A stretch of 64,000 nt of DNA from the human T2T-CHM13v2.0 reference genome, Homo sapiens: NCBI RefSeq assembly GCF_009914755.1, contig NC_060930.1; one strand, 5' to 3'. Shown here one piece after another: positions 1-63,909 of the stretch. The stretch's first letter is position 1; each line of letters starts with the position of its first letter. The notes beneath the pieces are model-generated. The model did not search any database and was not told where the DNA came from. It worked only from the letters and a program-made list of their open reading frames with translations. The translations under genes and the position numbers were made by a program.

Positions 1-3000
1 GGTTGACAAGTACCACAAATACAATTCTAACAGTTTACGCAAAAAGGAGGACTTATGACAAAGGTAACTAGGATGTCTCTGGAACCCAATCTCAGGACCA
101 TGGACAAAGGAACTCAAATACAGTCAGGACTCTGTGCATCTGCTTCTTTGCACTCTTTGTTCTAGAAGCCCTGGCTTATCTAGCCCACAGGGCAAGAAAC
201 AAGGCCATTAACAGTTCCAGAGTTTTGTATCTCACAGCTTCAGCAACTGAAGAGAAAACAAATTATTCAACCTCTGGGCATGGAGGACCCAGGAAAAGTT
301 CTGAGTGACTTGGCTTAGTAAAAAAGTGTCTAAAACCAGGCCAATAAACCACAGAAATGAACAGAATTGTGATTGGTATCTCTGGCCCCTTCCAAGCCAA
401 AGTGATCTTTACAAAAGACAGATCTGATCCAGTAATTAACCCGATTAAAACTCTTCATGGCCTTCCCCAATAGACTTAAAATCCTTAACCTCGTTAAACC
501 AAACCTCACGTAGGCCCTCTGCATAGTCTGGCTTCTGTTTACCTCTGCAACCTCATATCAAGTCACAATCCCTCTTACACTAAGCTTTAACTGTTTCACC
601 TGTTCTTTGAATTCTCTTCCTTTTCCACCTAGCTAACTTCCACTAATCTTGCCTCTAAGAAGCCTCCCCTGACTCCCAGTGTAAATCCAGTTCCCTCTTC
701 TTTTCCTTTACAGCATTCACCAAAATTTCTAAGTACAAATGTATTTGTTCAACACCTGTTTTTTACTATACTGTTAACTCCAAGAGAATAGAGACCTGTC
801 CTTTTTAGCACCTACTTGGCCCTCAATAATTATGTGCTGATTATGAACTATGAATCACTGGTTTAACAAGGGGGACCCACTAAATGAACCAATTACAAAT
901 GAGGGGACAGTAGCAGGCAGGCAGAATTGTTATTATCAAGTTATTAAAATGACTGCTCCAACAGAAACTTATCAGTAAAAGGGGAGATAAAGCAGTTCTG
1001 AAACAATCTGGGCTTCCGCTAGGCAGAACAAACAACTTGTTCAATTCAGTTAACCTTTTTCTTCAATTAAATCCTTATAGGGCTATGATAGCAATTAAAC
1101 AAGATAAATAATAAATGTGACAGCATCTATACAGAATCTTGTACATCTAGCAAGCAAGCAATGTCACTTCTTTTCCTTTTGGACCATGTTACACATTATT
1201 TTTGAATATCACTGATCTCCAAATAATTATTAAATACTCCAATGCATATGACAAAAATAGCTGTTTCATGACCTCTTCCCTCACAGCACCCTGATCTTTC
1301 CACATGGAACAGAATGACTTCTCTTTTATTCTGTAGTAATTGCATACACTCAAAATCCATTTAGCTTAAACCAAAAACAGGCACTGGGAACACAAAAATG
1401 AAGCAAAGCAAAACAAAACAACCAAACGCTTACAACAAAACTGTCCTCAAGGAGTTCACAGATTCACTTTCTCAATCTGCCTTCAGCTCCATCACATCCA
1501 TACCAAAGCTCCATAGCACCCCAGGTAAGGCTGCTACAAATACAAGATGCCCCGTATTTTATGGGGCAATAATCCATCTTTATATCTTCATACTCCCACT
1601 TCATGACCTCATTCCAAAATTTTTTCCTTAAAAAAATTCTATGGAGACTGACTGGATATGATCTTTCTTCAAAGTATGAATAAAATCTACCCTGACTTTA
1701 CCAATAGCTCAAAATAAGGAAACAAAGGAAACAATCCAAAAGAAAAATCCTGTTTCTTGACAGTGCTGGGAGTTTATTTTTAAAAATTAAAACAAACAAA
1801 AAACCCATCACAAAAATAACGCCTTTAAGAGACTAAAAAATCTTGCTTCTGAGAACAGGCACGTGTGAAAGGATCAAGACTACTTTCTTTTTCAGAGGTA
1901 GGTCCAGAAAGAAGAAATGTCCTCATAAGAGGGACGTAAGCGGTAACTTTAGGGAAAATGAACTCTCAGGAAAAAAAGGGGGTTACACCAAGCTTCGAAG
2001 TATCTTAGAATTTTATTTGTAGCTAAAACAGATCTCCGAAGTCATCTACTTCTACCTTTTCATTTTATAATCAAACATCTTGAGAAGTAAAGTCACGCAG
2101 AAGACTGCATTTCCTTCTAATTTTTGTCATGCCCTAACTTCTTGTCCCAGATAATGTAAGCCTATGCCACTCACTGAACTGAGAAACAGCCTCCTCTTCA
2201 AGTCCACTGGGTGAAAGAGAACAAGTTCCTAATAATGTTGTCATGTCTAACACAAGAGTTACAGATCCTAGCATTTCAGGGTACATCTGAAACTTATTTT
2301 TCCCATAGAAAGACTGTCATACAAATTATTATAGGTATTTTAATATACTTATGCTAATTATTAACATAATTTTATAATTTCTTTAGTATTAACATAATCC
2401 TATAATTCAGGTATTTTATTATTTAAATAGGCTTTAGTGGGCTGTCTGTGACTCTAACCACTAAGTATACTGTTTCTGAGAAAATAAGACTCAAGTTCCA
2501 AACCATTTTACAAGTTGTAAAATGTAATCAATTGTGTAGTAAGTTAGAACTACCAATTCACAAAGACTCAAAATTATAAGCTGAATGTGATAAACTTAAA
2601 ACACAAGATTCTTAATTTTATAAAAAGTTCCACTTCAGGGGTCATTTATTTTTAACAACTAGGTACTCAAGCATTCAGCATAGGATTTAATTTACATATA
2701 TCTTTTTTATTACTATTTCACTAGAAAACGTAAGTCACAAAGAATCAAACACACTTCTATCTAGTGTAGGAAAAACAAAAAATATGTTAACATACATCTT
2801 CATAAAGTGAGCTATAAGAAGAAAATTGTTAATATTTCATAAATCAAAGACTACTAACATATACATTATTAAGTATCTAGTGCCAGTTCAAAAGTGTACA
2901 GGTAATGGAATTATATCTGAGCAGGTAAATGGAGTTCAAAGAACCTTGAAATTCATTTTTCTCTTTTCTCCTGAGATAAAGTTATACATTTCATTAATTA

Positions 3001-3587
3001 TAATGTTTGATAAATCTTTAAAAATGTTTCACTAAATATATTAATTCAATGGATATTCTTTACCCATTCATTTTATTTGTTCAACAAAGAAAATTGAGCC
3101 CCTGCTATTTGTTAAACACTATACTAACAACTTTGGATTTATGACAATAAGCTGCAGGTCAGTTTCTCTCCTCAAAGAACTAAGAAAAACCACGACTTTA
3201 CTGCATTTACCCAAGTGACGGTGTCAGCTAAATTTTAATTCATTTAAGAAAACATTATAAAACAAATTCTCAAAAACGAAACCATACAATAGTAACTTTA
3301 AACACACTTTAATAGTCTTATCTATATGAAGTTTTCTCACAAAGTAACCAAAAGCACTGTTTTGGTAAAAGTGCTAATAACATAATCTTTTGATAGTAGT
3401 CCAATAAGGAAATCACAAGGTACTATGTACTGTGATAATGAAAATCCAACACTTGGAAAAGATATCTTAAGTTATTCCTAAAATAAAGCAAAATGTATAA
3501 TTAAATATAGTCTTATACAATATTAAAACTGTCTCTGAATATATGAATATTTACAAACATGAGTAATAAAGTAACTCTATAGCATAC

Positions 3588-3627
3588 CTTATAAATGATC
3601 ACAACTATGTATTTTGGATTGTAACAC
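3588..3627 (-). other. Candidate 40-nt cassette 5'UTR exon of the divergent gene
   Basis: Minus strand: acceptor ctttttgttacaaatttgcAG|GT and donor AAG|GTATGC. Confidence 0.4.
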
Positions 3628-5038
3628 CTGCAAATTTGTAACAAAAAGGGCCTTAATATTTTTCGAATATATTATTCTTCACTAACTTAATTCAATATTC
3701 TACTTATTATCAAGTCATAATTTTTGTTTACTATTAACTATTTTATCTATATGTTTAACTATATGTAGGTATTAACTGTAATAACCTTTATGTCTGCAAT
3801 TATTTAAAACCCTTGATAGATGAGAAACATTTTTCAGTTCAGAGGCATACCTCTCCAAAGCAAAAATCAATGTTAATCAGCCATTCTAATATGCCATGGA
3901 AAATCCTGACATTTTTTCATTGTATTTTTCACAGAAATTTTTTAATCATTCATCAGCTAAAAGATTTAAATTTTCTTTAAAAGGACTACAAAAACACACC
4001 TTTCCTGAATTTATGCACACTACCTACTAAATATTATCTCCATTTACATATAAGGAAACCAAGGCACAAAGGTGTCCATTTTGTAAATTGCAAGGTCATT
4101 TCCTAACCAAGCAACTAATCCTACACCATCAACTTATATTATATGTACGCCACTTCCAAGTGCCATAAAACAATTACTATACCTTAAAACTGCCTCTGCA
4201 ATGCTTATGTGATTCTCTTTTATCAAAAGGGTAAATGCAACAAGCTTAAACAAGGAAAGATGGAAAAGGAAAATTATAAAAATACAACACTTACTTTTTA
4301 TAGTGAATCATTTATTTTTAAATAATGAGATGTAAACAGTTTTTAACATAAAAATCAAGTAACCAACAGTGGTTTCTTATATTTGCAAAAAAAAAAAAAT
4401 TTCATCCTTCAGGTAGATCACGCAAAACTGAAGCCTACTCATACTTGTAGATTCAAGTTAGAAAAAAAAAAACTGGATTCTAAAACAAGTAATTAAATAC
4501 ATGATATTGCAAAGAAAAAAGTGAATAAAAAATAAAATCAGATAAATTAGGGAATGACTGATATGATGGTTAAAATCCTCATCTTAAATATTAAATCCTT
4601 CCATTCAATGGAAGGCAACGATTAGTAATGACATATTCTGCTACCGAAAAACAAATACAAAACTTTTCTTATTCAAAACTTCCGAAATTTTATATCAAAT
4701 ACTTCATTCAAATATTCAATATAAACAAAAATGTTTCCTAACAGAAACTTAGAGCATAAAGGATAAACTGTTCCTGAGAGTTCAAATTGAGACTGCATTT
4801 CTAATTATGATATAATGCTATGAACAATCAGAAAAATGAATGTTACCTACCATGCAAATTTAAATTTAAGAACATTAGACGGATTGAATAACCAATAAGT
4901 CAATTACATCAATTAGTGAACAGAAAAAAGACCTTAGCTAATCGTGAATCTAACACCAAAGAAAAAATTTAAGTCGAATCCACCGCACATCTTATTACAT
5001 AGAAAAGGAAATGATTAGAGTAAGTCGTATTTAAGTAC

Positions 5039-5183
5039 CTAGTCTAGCTGGGGATCAATTAATTAATCGGTTATAGGGCAGGACGTGAATGTTGAGATCG
5101 GATGTGCTTTCTTTCATCGTTATTCCAGTTCATCATCCGCAAGTGCAAGAGAAGGTGTCAGAGTACCGAAGCTAGGGGGCATG
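5039..5183 (-). other. WASF1: Non-coding 5'UTR exon 2 (145 nt) of the divergent gene (WASF1)
   Basis: Minus strand: strong acceptor cccatttttcttttccccttgctacAG|C at 5184/5183 and donor TAG|GTACTT at 5039/5038. Confidence 0.7.
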
Positions 5184-5879
5184 CTGTAGCAAGGGGAAAA
5201 GAAAAATGGGAAAGGTGCAATGGATGCTGCATAGTTGAATAATTATCTGGGTGGCACAATGGGCGAGTCCTGCCGACATGAGCGCTGAGTGAGCGGCTCC
5301 GTAACTCTGCCCAAGGCAGCCCCCATGAACAGGCACCAGAAGCGACAGCACCGCTTCGCCTCCCCTTCCAACGAAGAAAAGGATGCCCGCACTCGCTTTA
5401 CCGTTATGTTTTCAGACACCGACTCGCGGAGCAAACACGCAAACGCACGAGCTCGCTTTACCGAGCCTCGCGCACGTAGGGCGAGCAGGGGATTCTCTGT
5501 CGCCCGGGGCTACCGCCTCCCCCGGAAAGAGGCACGGGGCGGACCGCGGGCGCGGGTGGGCAGGGAAGCCCGGGCGGTGGCACCTCAGGTGACACCCACA
5601 GTCTCTCCAGCGAGAGCAGCCCCGGGGCGGTCCCTGCAGCCAAGCCCCAGGCGCGCCCGCCGCCGTCTCCCTCGGCACCCAGCCCCGCTGGCGGGTGGGC
5701 GGTGGGCGCTCGGAAAACCCGCGGATGGGGGTGGGGGCCGGGGCGGGGAAGGCGCGCCCATCCATCCCCGTCACCTTTGCGGGCCACACACCACTCGGTC
5801 TGCTCCGGCCAGTAAGGAAGAGTTCCTCTCCCAACACCCCCTCCCCGAAAAAAGCAATTCCTCAGGGACTCGCGCTCAC

Positions 5880-6110
5880 CGTGAAATCTTGGGGGCTCAC
5901 GCCTTACCCCTTCTTCATGCTTCGGCAGCGGTCGCCGGTCCCCCTCGGCTCGCGGGACTCCGCCTAGAGCCCCCAGGAGGGTCGGGCTCTGGGGCGGAAC
6001 CCGCTCAGGGCAGCGGCCCAGGCGCCAGGCCACAGGGAACGCCGCCTGGGGCGCCAACCCGCCGCCGGACCCACCGTGTGCTCGACGCGCGAGTGAACAA
6101 CACCGCGAGC
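5880..6110 (-). other. WASF1: Non-coding exon 1 of the divergent gene, probably WASF1 (WAVE1); 5' end approximate
   Basis: Minus-strand donor G|GTGAGC at 5880/5879 inside the CpG island. The name rests on recalled head-to-head WASF1-CDC40 order on human 6q21. No WASF1 coding sequence is in the window. Confidence 0.65.
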
Positions 6111-6545
6111 TGCCGTTCCCCCCGCCCCCTCCCCGCGCGAGACGCTCCACAACCGGGCGCAGGGACCCGCGCCAGAAGCAGGGGGGACCGCGAGACTCTT
6201 TCCGCCTATGGTCCCATCCTTGCCCCCCGCCCCAGGAGCTATTCCTGGCCAGTCAGAGGTCTCAAAACTTCAGATTCTCACTTTCCTCTTCAGCCTCCAG
6301 TGCCCAGGTGCAGCCGAGGTGGGAAATCCAGCCTCCGCCCACTCCCCCATTAGTGGGGCCGAAGCTCGCTCTTCCCCCCTTTCCTGAGGTTCTGTGGTAT
6401 TGCCCAATCCTCAGTTTGGGGGAGGGGGACGAAGAGAACACTGCTTGGCTAGGGAATGAGGGAAGATGATAGCCAATTGAATGGAACATCCATTCGGGGG
6501 CGGGGTCAAAGGGGGACACGCCCCCGTTCCGCCCCCTCGTTGCAA

Positions 6546-6558
6546 ACTACACTTCCCA
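6546..6558 (+). promoter_or_regulatory. ACTACA..TTCCCA motif (ZNF143/SBS - THAP11/HCFC1 type)
   Basis: ACTACACTTCCCA matches the ACTAYRnnnCCCR motif typical of bidirectional housekeeping promoters. Confidence 0.75.
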
Positions 6559-6574
6559 TTGTGCCCTCTCGCGC

Positions 6575-6621
6575 TTCCTGCCGCGCTGCACGCTGGGAGT
6601 GCAGGACCGCGAGGCCTCAAG
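6575..6621 (+). other. CDC40: Candidate upstream non-coding first exon of CDC40 (start approximate)
   Basis: Donor AAG|GTATTT at 6621/6622, then an AT-rich 237-nt gap in the CpG island, then acceptor ctcttcttcttccgccctggcAG at 6857-6858, 27 nt before the ATG. Confidence 0.55.
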
Positions 6622-6885
6622 GTATTTTGGAACTCATATTCTTTAGTCAACTAGGTCCTAAATGTTATAAACTATTATAATTCTCCCTTTTTCCCTAGAT
6701 AAACTTTTTTAAGCTCTCAGCTCGACAGTAGTTATTCTAATAATAATTAGCTTATTGTTTCAAAATGTAAGACATTATTTCTTAGCAAAGAAAGTTAATG
6801 ATGTGTTCCATTGCAATCTGTCAGGACCTGGGAGCCTCTTCTTCTTCCGCCCTGGCAGGGTCTCCGCAGAAGATTTGTTGCCGTC

Positions 6886-56580
<49,695 letters not shown>

Positions 56581-57666
56581 TGAGATTAATCCTTAAACTA
56601 GCTGGGATCATTTTTGATCCATTGTCATATTTATATTTAATTATTAAATGTATCTGATGATAACTTGATTTACAGATAATGTTGATGACATTGACCCTTT
56701 GTTTAAAAAAAGAAACTGTAAATTTGACATAATTTCATTTGCAACTTCATTTTGTTTTTTATAAATGTTATTTATACAGAAAGTGGCTATTGACTTTCTA
56801 TTTGACAAGTAGTTATAATTGGCAAGCAGTTTGAGTTTATACTCATGACATACTGAAAGCATCTCTTTGGGGTCAAGAAAGAATCCCTAGTGGATTTGGG
56901 ATTCTAGAGGAGGTGTTATAATTAATTATTCAGAAAAATGCATGTATTTACCTCTTCAACCAAAAGGGCAGTAAAGAATAGGGATAATATATTTTAATGT
57001 AAATTTGGAAGAAGGATAAAATCACCCACAGTTACTCTCCCTATTATTTTCACTGGGTCAAGTTTTAATCTTTTGGCTTCATGAGTTCCACTCCCTTTGA
57101 TGATATATGTTGTATATTTTTAGTTGTAAAGCAGTAATCTTTAACTGTAGCATTCCTCTAATTATAAACAGTGAAAAATCAAAATCAGTCCAGAGTTCTT
57201 TTGTTGACTTAATTCCTGATCAGTATAGACAGGACTATATATATTTAATCAGAGAATTACATTATATCTGAAGATGGAGCTCAGGAGAATGCACCAAGAC
57301 TTTGAATTGTATTTACATTCACTGTCAGTAAAGACCTGGCTACGCTTTGAGAAATCAGGATCTCCTAGGTCATTGCTTCGCAGCTGTGATTACTGAAATC
57401 CTCCTCATAGGAGATAAAGTACGAGGGGTAGAGTCCAAGATGTCAACTTGTAATTTCTTTGAAGTCATATGTTTTATCTTTAAAATTATTCTTATTTTAC
57501 CTGTGAATATATACAACAGAACTTTTTAAGATTAAAAAATTTTTAAACCTCTATGTCTGAAAAAAAAAATGACACTCCTGGAAGATGGCTAGGGTTCCCC
57601 AGTTTGAGAAGCAGTGGCCATGGTGAAAAATAGTTTTTGAAAACATCAGATTATAAAATCAAGATA

Positions 57667-57996
<330 letters not shown>

Positions 57997-58647
57997 TTAA
58001 TTTGGCAAGCCATTTTTCCTGTTTTATTATAAATCTATATTAGATGTTTGAATATGGTTTGAAATATTTCACTACCGTGCTGAAAAAGGTTGGTTGATAG
58101 CAGCTTGGAGTGCTAACTGGAAGATCAAAATCATGTCTCTTGCTGATAACCTAAGAGCATTAAGCTCTGAGTCCAGTGAGGTCATAGCAGTGTATGCTCC
58201 TTGCCCTTACGGAGTGTCTGTTTTTAGAAATTTAGATTTTAAAAGGCGTGGGACATACGACCAGGCCCTATAGCCACATAAATATAAATTTCATAGAAAA
58301 AGAATAAAAGCGGAGATATATTTTTTGACACAGAGGCACCCAAAGAAATACAAACATTGCCTAGCTGCTGCCATTTCTGTAACTGCCCAGAAGGGTGACA
58401 GATTTCTGAAGGGGAAAGGATTCAGATATGACCTTTTCTTTAGTCCCAACCACTAGTTTTAACAAATGTGAATTATTGAAATGTGAAGGGACAAAAAGAA
58501 TCATACATTTAAACTGTCTTGTTCAGCATACCAATATTGTATGTTACAAATCATCATTTCTAAATCTGGATTGATTCTGTTGTGTTTTTGACTGTTTCTA
58601 AAGTAAGTGTGTATAAAAGTCTCCTTTTTAAAAAGATCATATTTTTA

Positions 58648-58653
58648 AATAAA
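58648..58653 (+). terminator. Probable main polyadenylation signal of CDC40
   Basis: AATAAA with upstream TGTA motifs and downstream TGTTCATCTTGTTCATCTTT. Other candidates: ATTAAA 56643, AATAAA 57953 (Alu tail), AATAAA 58303. Confidence 0.6.
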
Positions 58654-59916
58654 GCATTTTTTGTAGAAAGTGCTATCAAAATGTTCATCTTGTTCATCTT
58701 TAGTCTCCTTTTGAGTCTTAAGTGTATTGAGACACTAGATTAAGCCATTTGCAGTTTTAAATGGGTCATATGGAGAGAAATAATGCTTTAGAGGTGGATG
58801 TGGTTTATTCAGGTATATCAGTGGGTTTATAATTATATAATAAAATACATGGCAGTACCCTCAGAGCACATTAACACATTCCATATTCATTTAGTGGTGG
58901 CACTAAGTCATGACTACACAACATTTTAGAGTACATAAATGAGTGGGGTTATATTTCAGCATAAAAAGTCTCAAGATCACATTGTTACTGGACTTAGGTG
59001 GTTACCATCTGGCTCCTTTTCCTTATTGCAGCCTTTTTGTCATATCCAGGACAGATTTCCTTCCTAAAAGTTACGATAAAAGTGATGCTTTAGTGAAATA
59101 TTTACTGGAATGAATATTTAAATATTGAGTCACAAGCTGGAAATATTTTGTCCTAAACAAGGAACAAATTTTAAGATTAAAAAACGGGAGTAGTGTTACA
59201 CAGCCACATTTCTAAGTAGTTCTTGAGGCTACATTGTGGGGCTGCCTGGTATCCTTGGTATATTTATAAAATACCTGTAAGAAAACATTGACTTTGAAAT
59301 AGCAAACCCTTAGATGGTAACCATAAATATCACAACACTGGGAACAATTATAGAGACTTTTCTTGGAGAACATTGTTTCTCAGGGTATGGACTGAGAACC
59401 TCTGCATCTGAATTACCTAGGGGTTGCGTTGCTTACTGAGATGTAGAATTCAGAAAAAAGTAGGAATTATTTGGGGGAGCCATTGTGAATTCAGGTATGG
59501 GAAGGGGTATAAAGTGGCATCCAGGCACCCAGTATCCTTCAGCAGTATTAAATGTGGGTCTCAAAGTGAGACCTGGGGAAACTGATTCCATGTATCATCA
59601 CAGATGCATATTTTTCACATTTTGACATTTTTGAATAGGGCTCTAGTTAAAATAAATGAATGTCCTAGTTTAATGGGCAGCATTTAATTTTTTCTTAGTA
59701 TATCATAAAATAATTGATGAAATACAGTAAAAACAAGGCAAGTACGAAGGGCCTGAGAAGAAGAGAAGATCCAATGGGAGGAAAGTGTCTGTTGCAGCAC
59801 TGGGCTCAAAATTCAGGTTATGAAATGTTTCTTTGATCACTGAGTAAAATGAACGAACTAACTGAAGATTCAAATTAAAAATATATATTTATATATATAT
59901 GTAGACACACAAATAA

Positions 59917-60240
<324 letters not shown>

Positions 60241-60759
60241 TAATGTAGAATTTTTGTTCCCAACTCAGATCTTCAAATCAAAGTCAGCACTTTTAGCAAG
60301 ATCCCCAAATGAGAAGCACTGAGGTAGAGTCCCAAATTTATCTTGGGCATTTGGGAAACTAGACTATGTGGGACATGTAAAGTCAAAGAGAAATTTAGCT
60401 GGTCAAAAATATGCACTGTACACATGTGTATGTGCATGTATATGTGTGTATAATGTATGCACATAGTATATGTGTACATGTTCCATATTCATAGTCACTT
60501 TAATAATTGTGGAAACAACTTTCTAAACCTAATTGCAATTTTATCTGGAACTTAAAAGAAGTCACAGACTTGCAGCCAGCACCCTTAGAGTGACTATTTT
60601 TAGTGACAGTAAGTGAAAGTGAAACTCTTGATTCTACAGCTTCTTACATCTGCAATAGCTGTCATCAAATGAGTTTCTTTCATTCCCCACTCTCCAGCCT
60701 CCAGCTTTTTAGGTCTGGGGGAGCAACTCAGATCTCCATGTTTTATTTGTTTTAATATA

Positions 60760-61400
60760 CTTCTGTCCAATAGATATATGTCAGTCATATATGTGATTTT
60801 AAATTTTCTAATAGCCAGGTTTAAAAGGGACTTAATAATATATTTTAACATATCCAAAATTTTATCTGAAGATGTACTCAATTATTTTAAAAATTAATAT
60901 TTTACTTTTTTCATATGGAGTCTGAAATCTGGTATATATTTTACACTTACAGCACATCTCAATTCAGACACTACATTTTCATCAAAGTATTTTATCTTTC
61001 ATACAAAGTAGATTTACATGCCCAAATTGTTTCAAACATACTTAGAAGTTTTCCAATAACAAAATCAAGTGCAGTCACGTGTTGCTTAACAATGGGGATA
61101 CGTTCTAAGAAATGTGTCATTAGGTGATGTCATTGTTGTCCGAACATCATAGAGTTAACGTATGTACCAAACCTAGGTGGTATAGCCTACTCCATTGCAT
61201 AGTTCCATTATAATCTTAGGGGACCACCATCATATGGTGGTCTGTCACTGAGCGAAAGGTTATTATGTGGTATGTGACTGTATATTTTAATTTAAATTAA
61301 TTAAAAGTAAATGTAATTTAAAATTTAGTTTCTCAGTTAACCACAGTTTTAAGTGCTCAGTAGCAATATGCCTCTAGAGGCTGCCATATTGCACAGTACA
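60760..61400. mobile_element. MER33-like hAT fossil with a nested MER8/Tigger-like element (about 61072-61280)
   Basis: CTGTCCAATAGA...ATTTTAAATTTTCTAATAGCC; CAGTCACGTG...ATGTGACTG. Confidence 0.6.
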
Positions 61401-61407
61401 GTTATAG

Positions 61408-61887
<480 letters not shown>

Positions 61888-62329
61888 TCCAGTTCATTTT
61901 ACGTCTCTGTAGTTGTGTCCAGGGTGCCATTGTTCCATTAAACTTCTTATTTCCATGGCTGTTTTTCTTTTCTGGAAGGTGTATTTGTACTTTTTTATAT
62001 TTACCTGTTCTTTTTCACAGTGTCGTATTTTCTTATGGCTCATATATAGTCCTTTATGCCTTTAATCATGATAAATCATGTATATTATACTTTCTTTAAG
62101 ATTGTTATTCTGTTATGTCAAGTTCTTGGGCTGAAAACCACGTGGTTTATTGTGTCTGCTAACTCTACCTCATGGGGGACTGTTTATTTCCTTGTCCGTT
62201 CTAATATTTTATTATGGGTTTTGTTTTTCTAAGGAAATCCTTTGTAGCCTGGATTGGTGAAAAGTCCTTTTAGAGTGGCTTTGCATCTGCTTCTGCCATA
62301 CACCCCTGAGGTATCACCCCTAGAGCCTG

Positions 62330-63462
62330 TTTGTTTTAATTTCCAACTTTTAAGTTCAAGGGTACATGTGCTGGATGTTCAGGTTTGTTACATGGGTAAA
62401 TGTGTGCCATGGTGGTTTGCTGCAAAGATCATCCTGTTACCCAGGTATTAAGCCCAGCATCCATTATTCTTCCTGATCCTCTCCCTCCTCCCATCCCCCA
62501 CCTTCCAACAGGCCCCAGTGTGTGTTGTTTCCCTCTGTGTCCATATATTCTCATCACTTAGCTCCCACTTAGAAGTGAGAACATACAGTGTTTGGTTTTC
62601 TGTTCCTGTGTTAGTTTGCGAAGGATAATGGCCTCCAACTCCATCCATGTCCCTGCAAAGGACATGATCTCATTCCTTTTTATGGCTGCATAGTATTTCA
62701 TGGTGTATATGTACCACATTTTCTTTATCCAGCTTATCATTGATGGGCATTTAGCTTGATTCCATGTCTTTGCTGTTGTGAATAGTGCTGCAGTGAACAC
62801 ACATGTGCATGTGTCTTTATAACAGAATGATTTATATTTCTTTGGGTATATACCCAGTAATGGGATTGCTAAGTTGAATGGTATTTCTGCCTCTAGGTCT
62901 TTGAGGAATTGCCACACTGTCTTCCACAGTGGTTGAACTAATTTACACTCTCACCAACAGTGTAAAAGTGTTGCTTTTTCTCCACAGCCGTGCCAGCATC
63001 TGTTGTTTTTTGACTTATTAATAATAGCCATTCTGACTGGTGTGAGATGGTATCTCATTGTGGTTTTGATTTCCATTTCTCTAATGATCAGTGATGTTGA
63101 GCTTTTTTTCATGTTTGTTGGCCACATGTATATCTTCTTTTGAGAAGTGTCTGTTCATGTCCTTTGCCCACTTTTTAATGTTTTTTTCTTGTAAATTTGT
63201 TTAAGTTCCTTATAGATGCTGGATATTAGACCTTTGTCAGATGCATAGATTGCAAAAATTTCTCCCTTTCTGTAGATTATCTGTTCACTCTGATGATAGT
63301 TTCTTTTGCTGCGCAGAGCTCTTTAGTTTAATTGGATCCCATTTGTCAATTTTTGCTTTTATTGCAATTGCTTTTGGGATCTTCGTCATGAAATCTTTGC
63401 CCGTGCCTATGTCCTGAATGATATTTCCTAGGTTTTCTTATAGGGTGTTTATAGTTTTAGGT
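62330..63462 (-). mobile_element. L1PA 3' fragment (ORF2 C-terminus plus 3'UTR)
   Basis: ORF 62558-62917(-) WQFLKDLEAEIPFNLAIPLLGIYPK...WIKKMWYIYTMKYYAAIK is an L1 ORF2 C-terminus. Confidence 0.93.
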
Positions 63463-63909
63463 AGAACCAGTTTTTATCTTAATTTCTCAGCTTATGGTTT
63501 TCCTCATCATGTGATTAGGATAAATTCAACTATTCAACTCCTTGCACAGGCCTGAGGTTTCAATTTCTCTTGAAAACTTTTCTTTGTACTCAGAGCTATA
63601 AGCAGAGATAAGCGTCCTTGTGCTGGTGGATGTAGAATTTTTAGGTCCATTTTTCACTGAGGTTGTAGCCCTCTCCCTCTTTGCTGTAGGTGTCCTTAGT
63701 CCCAATCCTTTCTCCCCAGTACCAGGTCTTATCTTGTGCTTTAGGCCTCTATCCATTACTATCTCTATCCATTACTCTATCCTTGGAGTTAGTGTAACTA
63801 AACTCCAAGGGCTACTACAGTGTAGGTTCCTGTCTACCTGTCTGGCTCTAGGCTCCCTCCCTCTGGGCTTTTGTATCTGGAAAATGTTTTCTTCTTCGAC
63901 ATTCAGTCA

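Noticed and set aside
5289-6353. 354-aa + strand ORF and overlapping 141-aa and 230-aa minus-strand ORFs
   Set aside because: They lie in the CpG island, where stop codons are rare. They are Arg/Pro/Gly/Ala low-complexity with no recognisable domain, and the longest starts at a non-ATG codon (GTG).
6811-6885. Apparent 25-aa N-terminal extension of CDC40 in the ORF track
   Set aside because: The track's start is not an ATG and falls within the candidate 5'UTR intron. The first in-frame ATG is 6886.
62558-62917. 119-aa ORF resembling a real protein
   Set aside because: It is the C-terminus of a 5'-truncated L1 ORF2 fossil.
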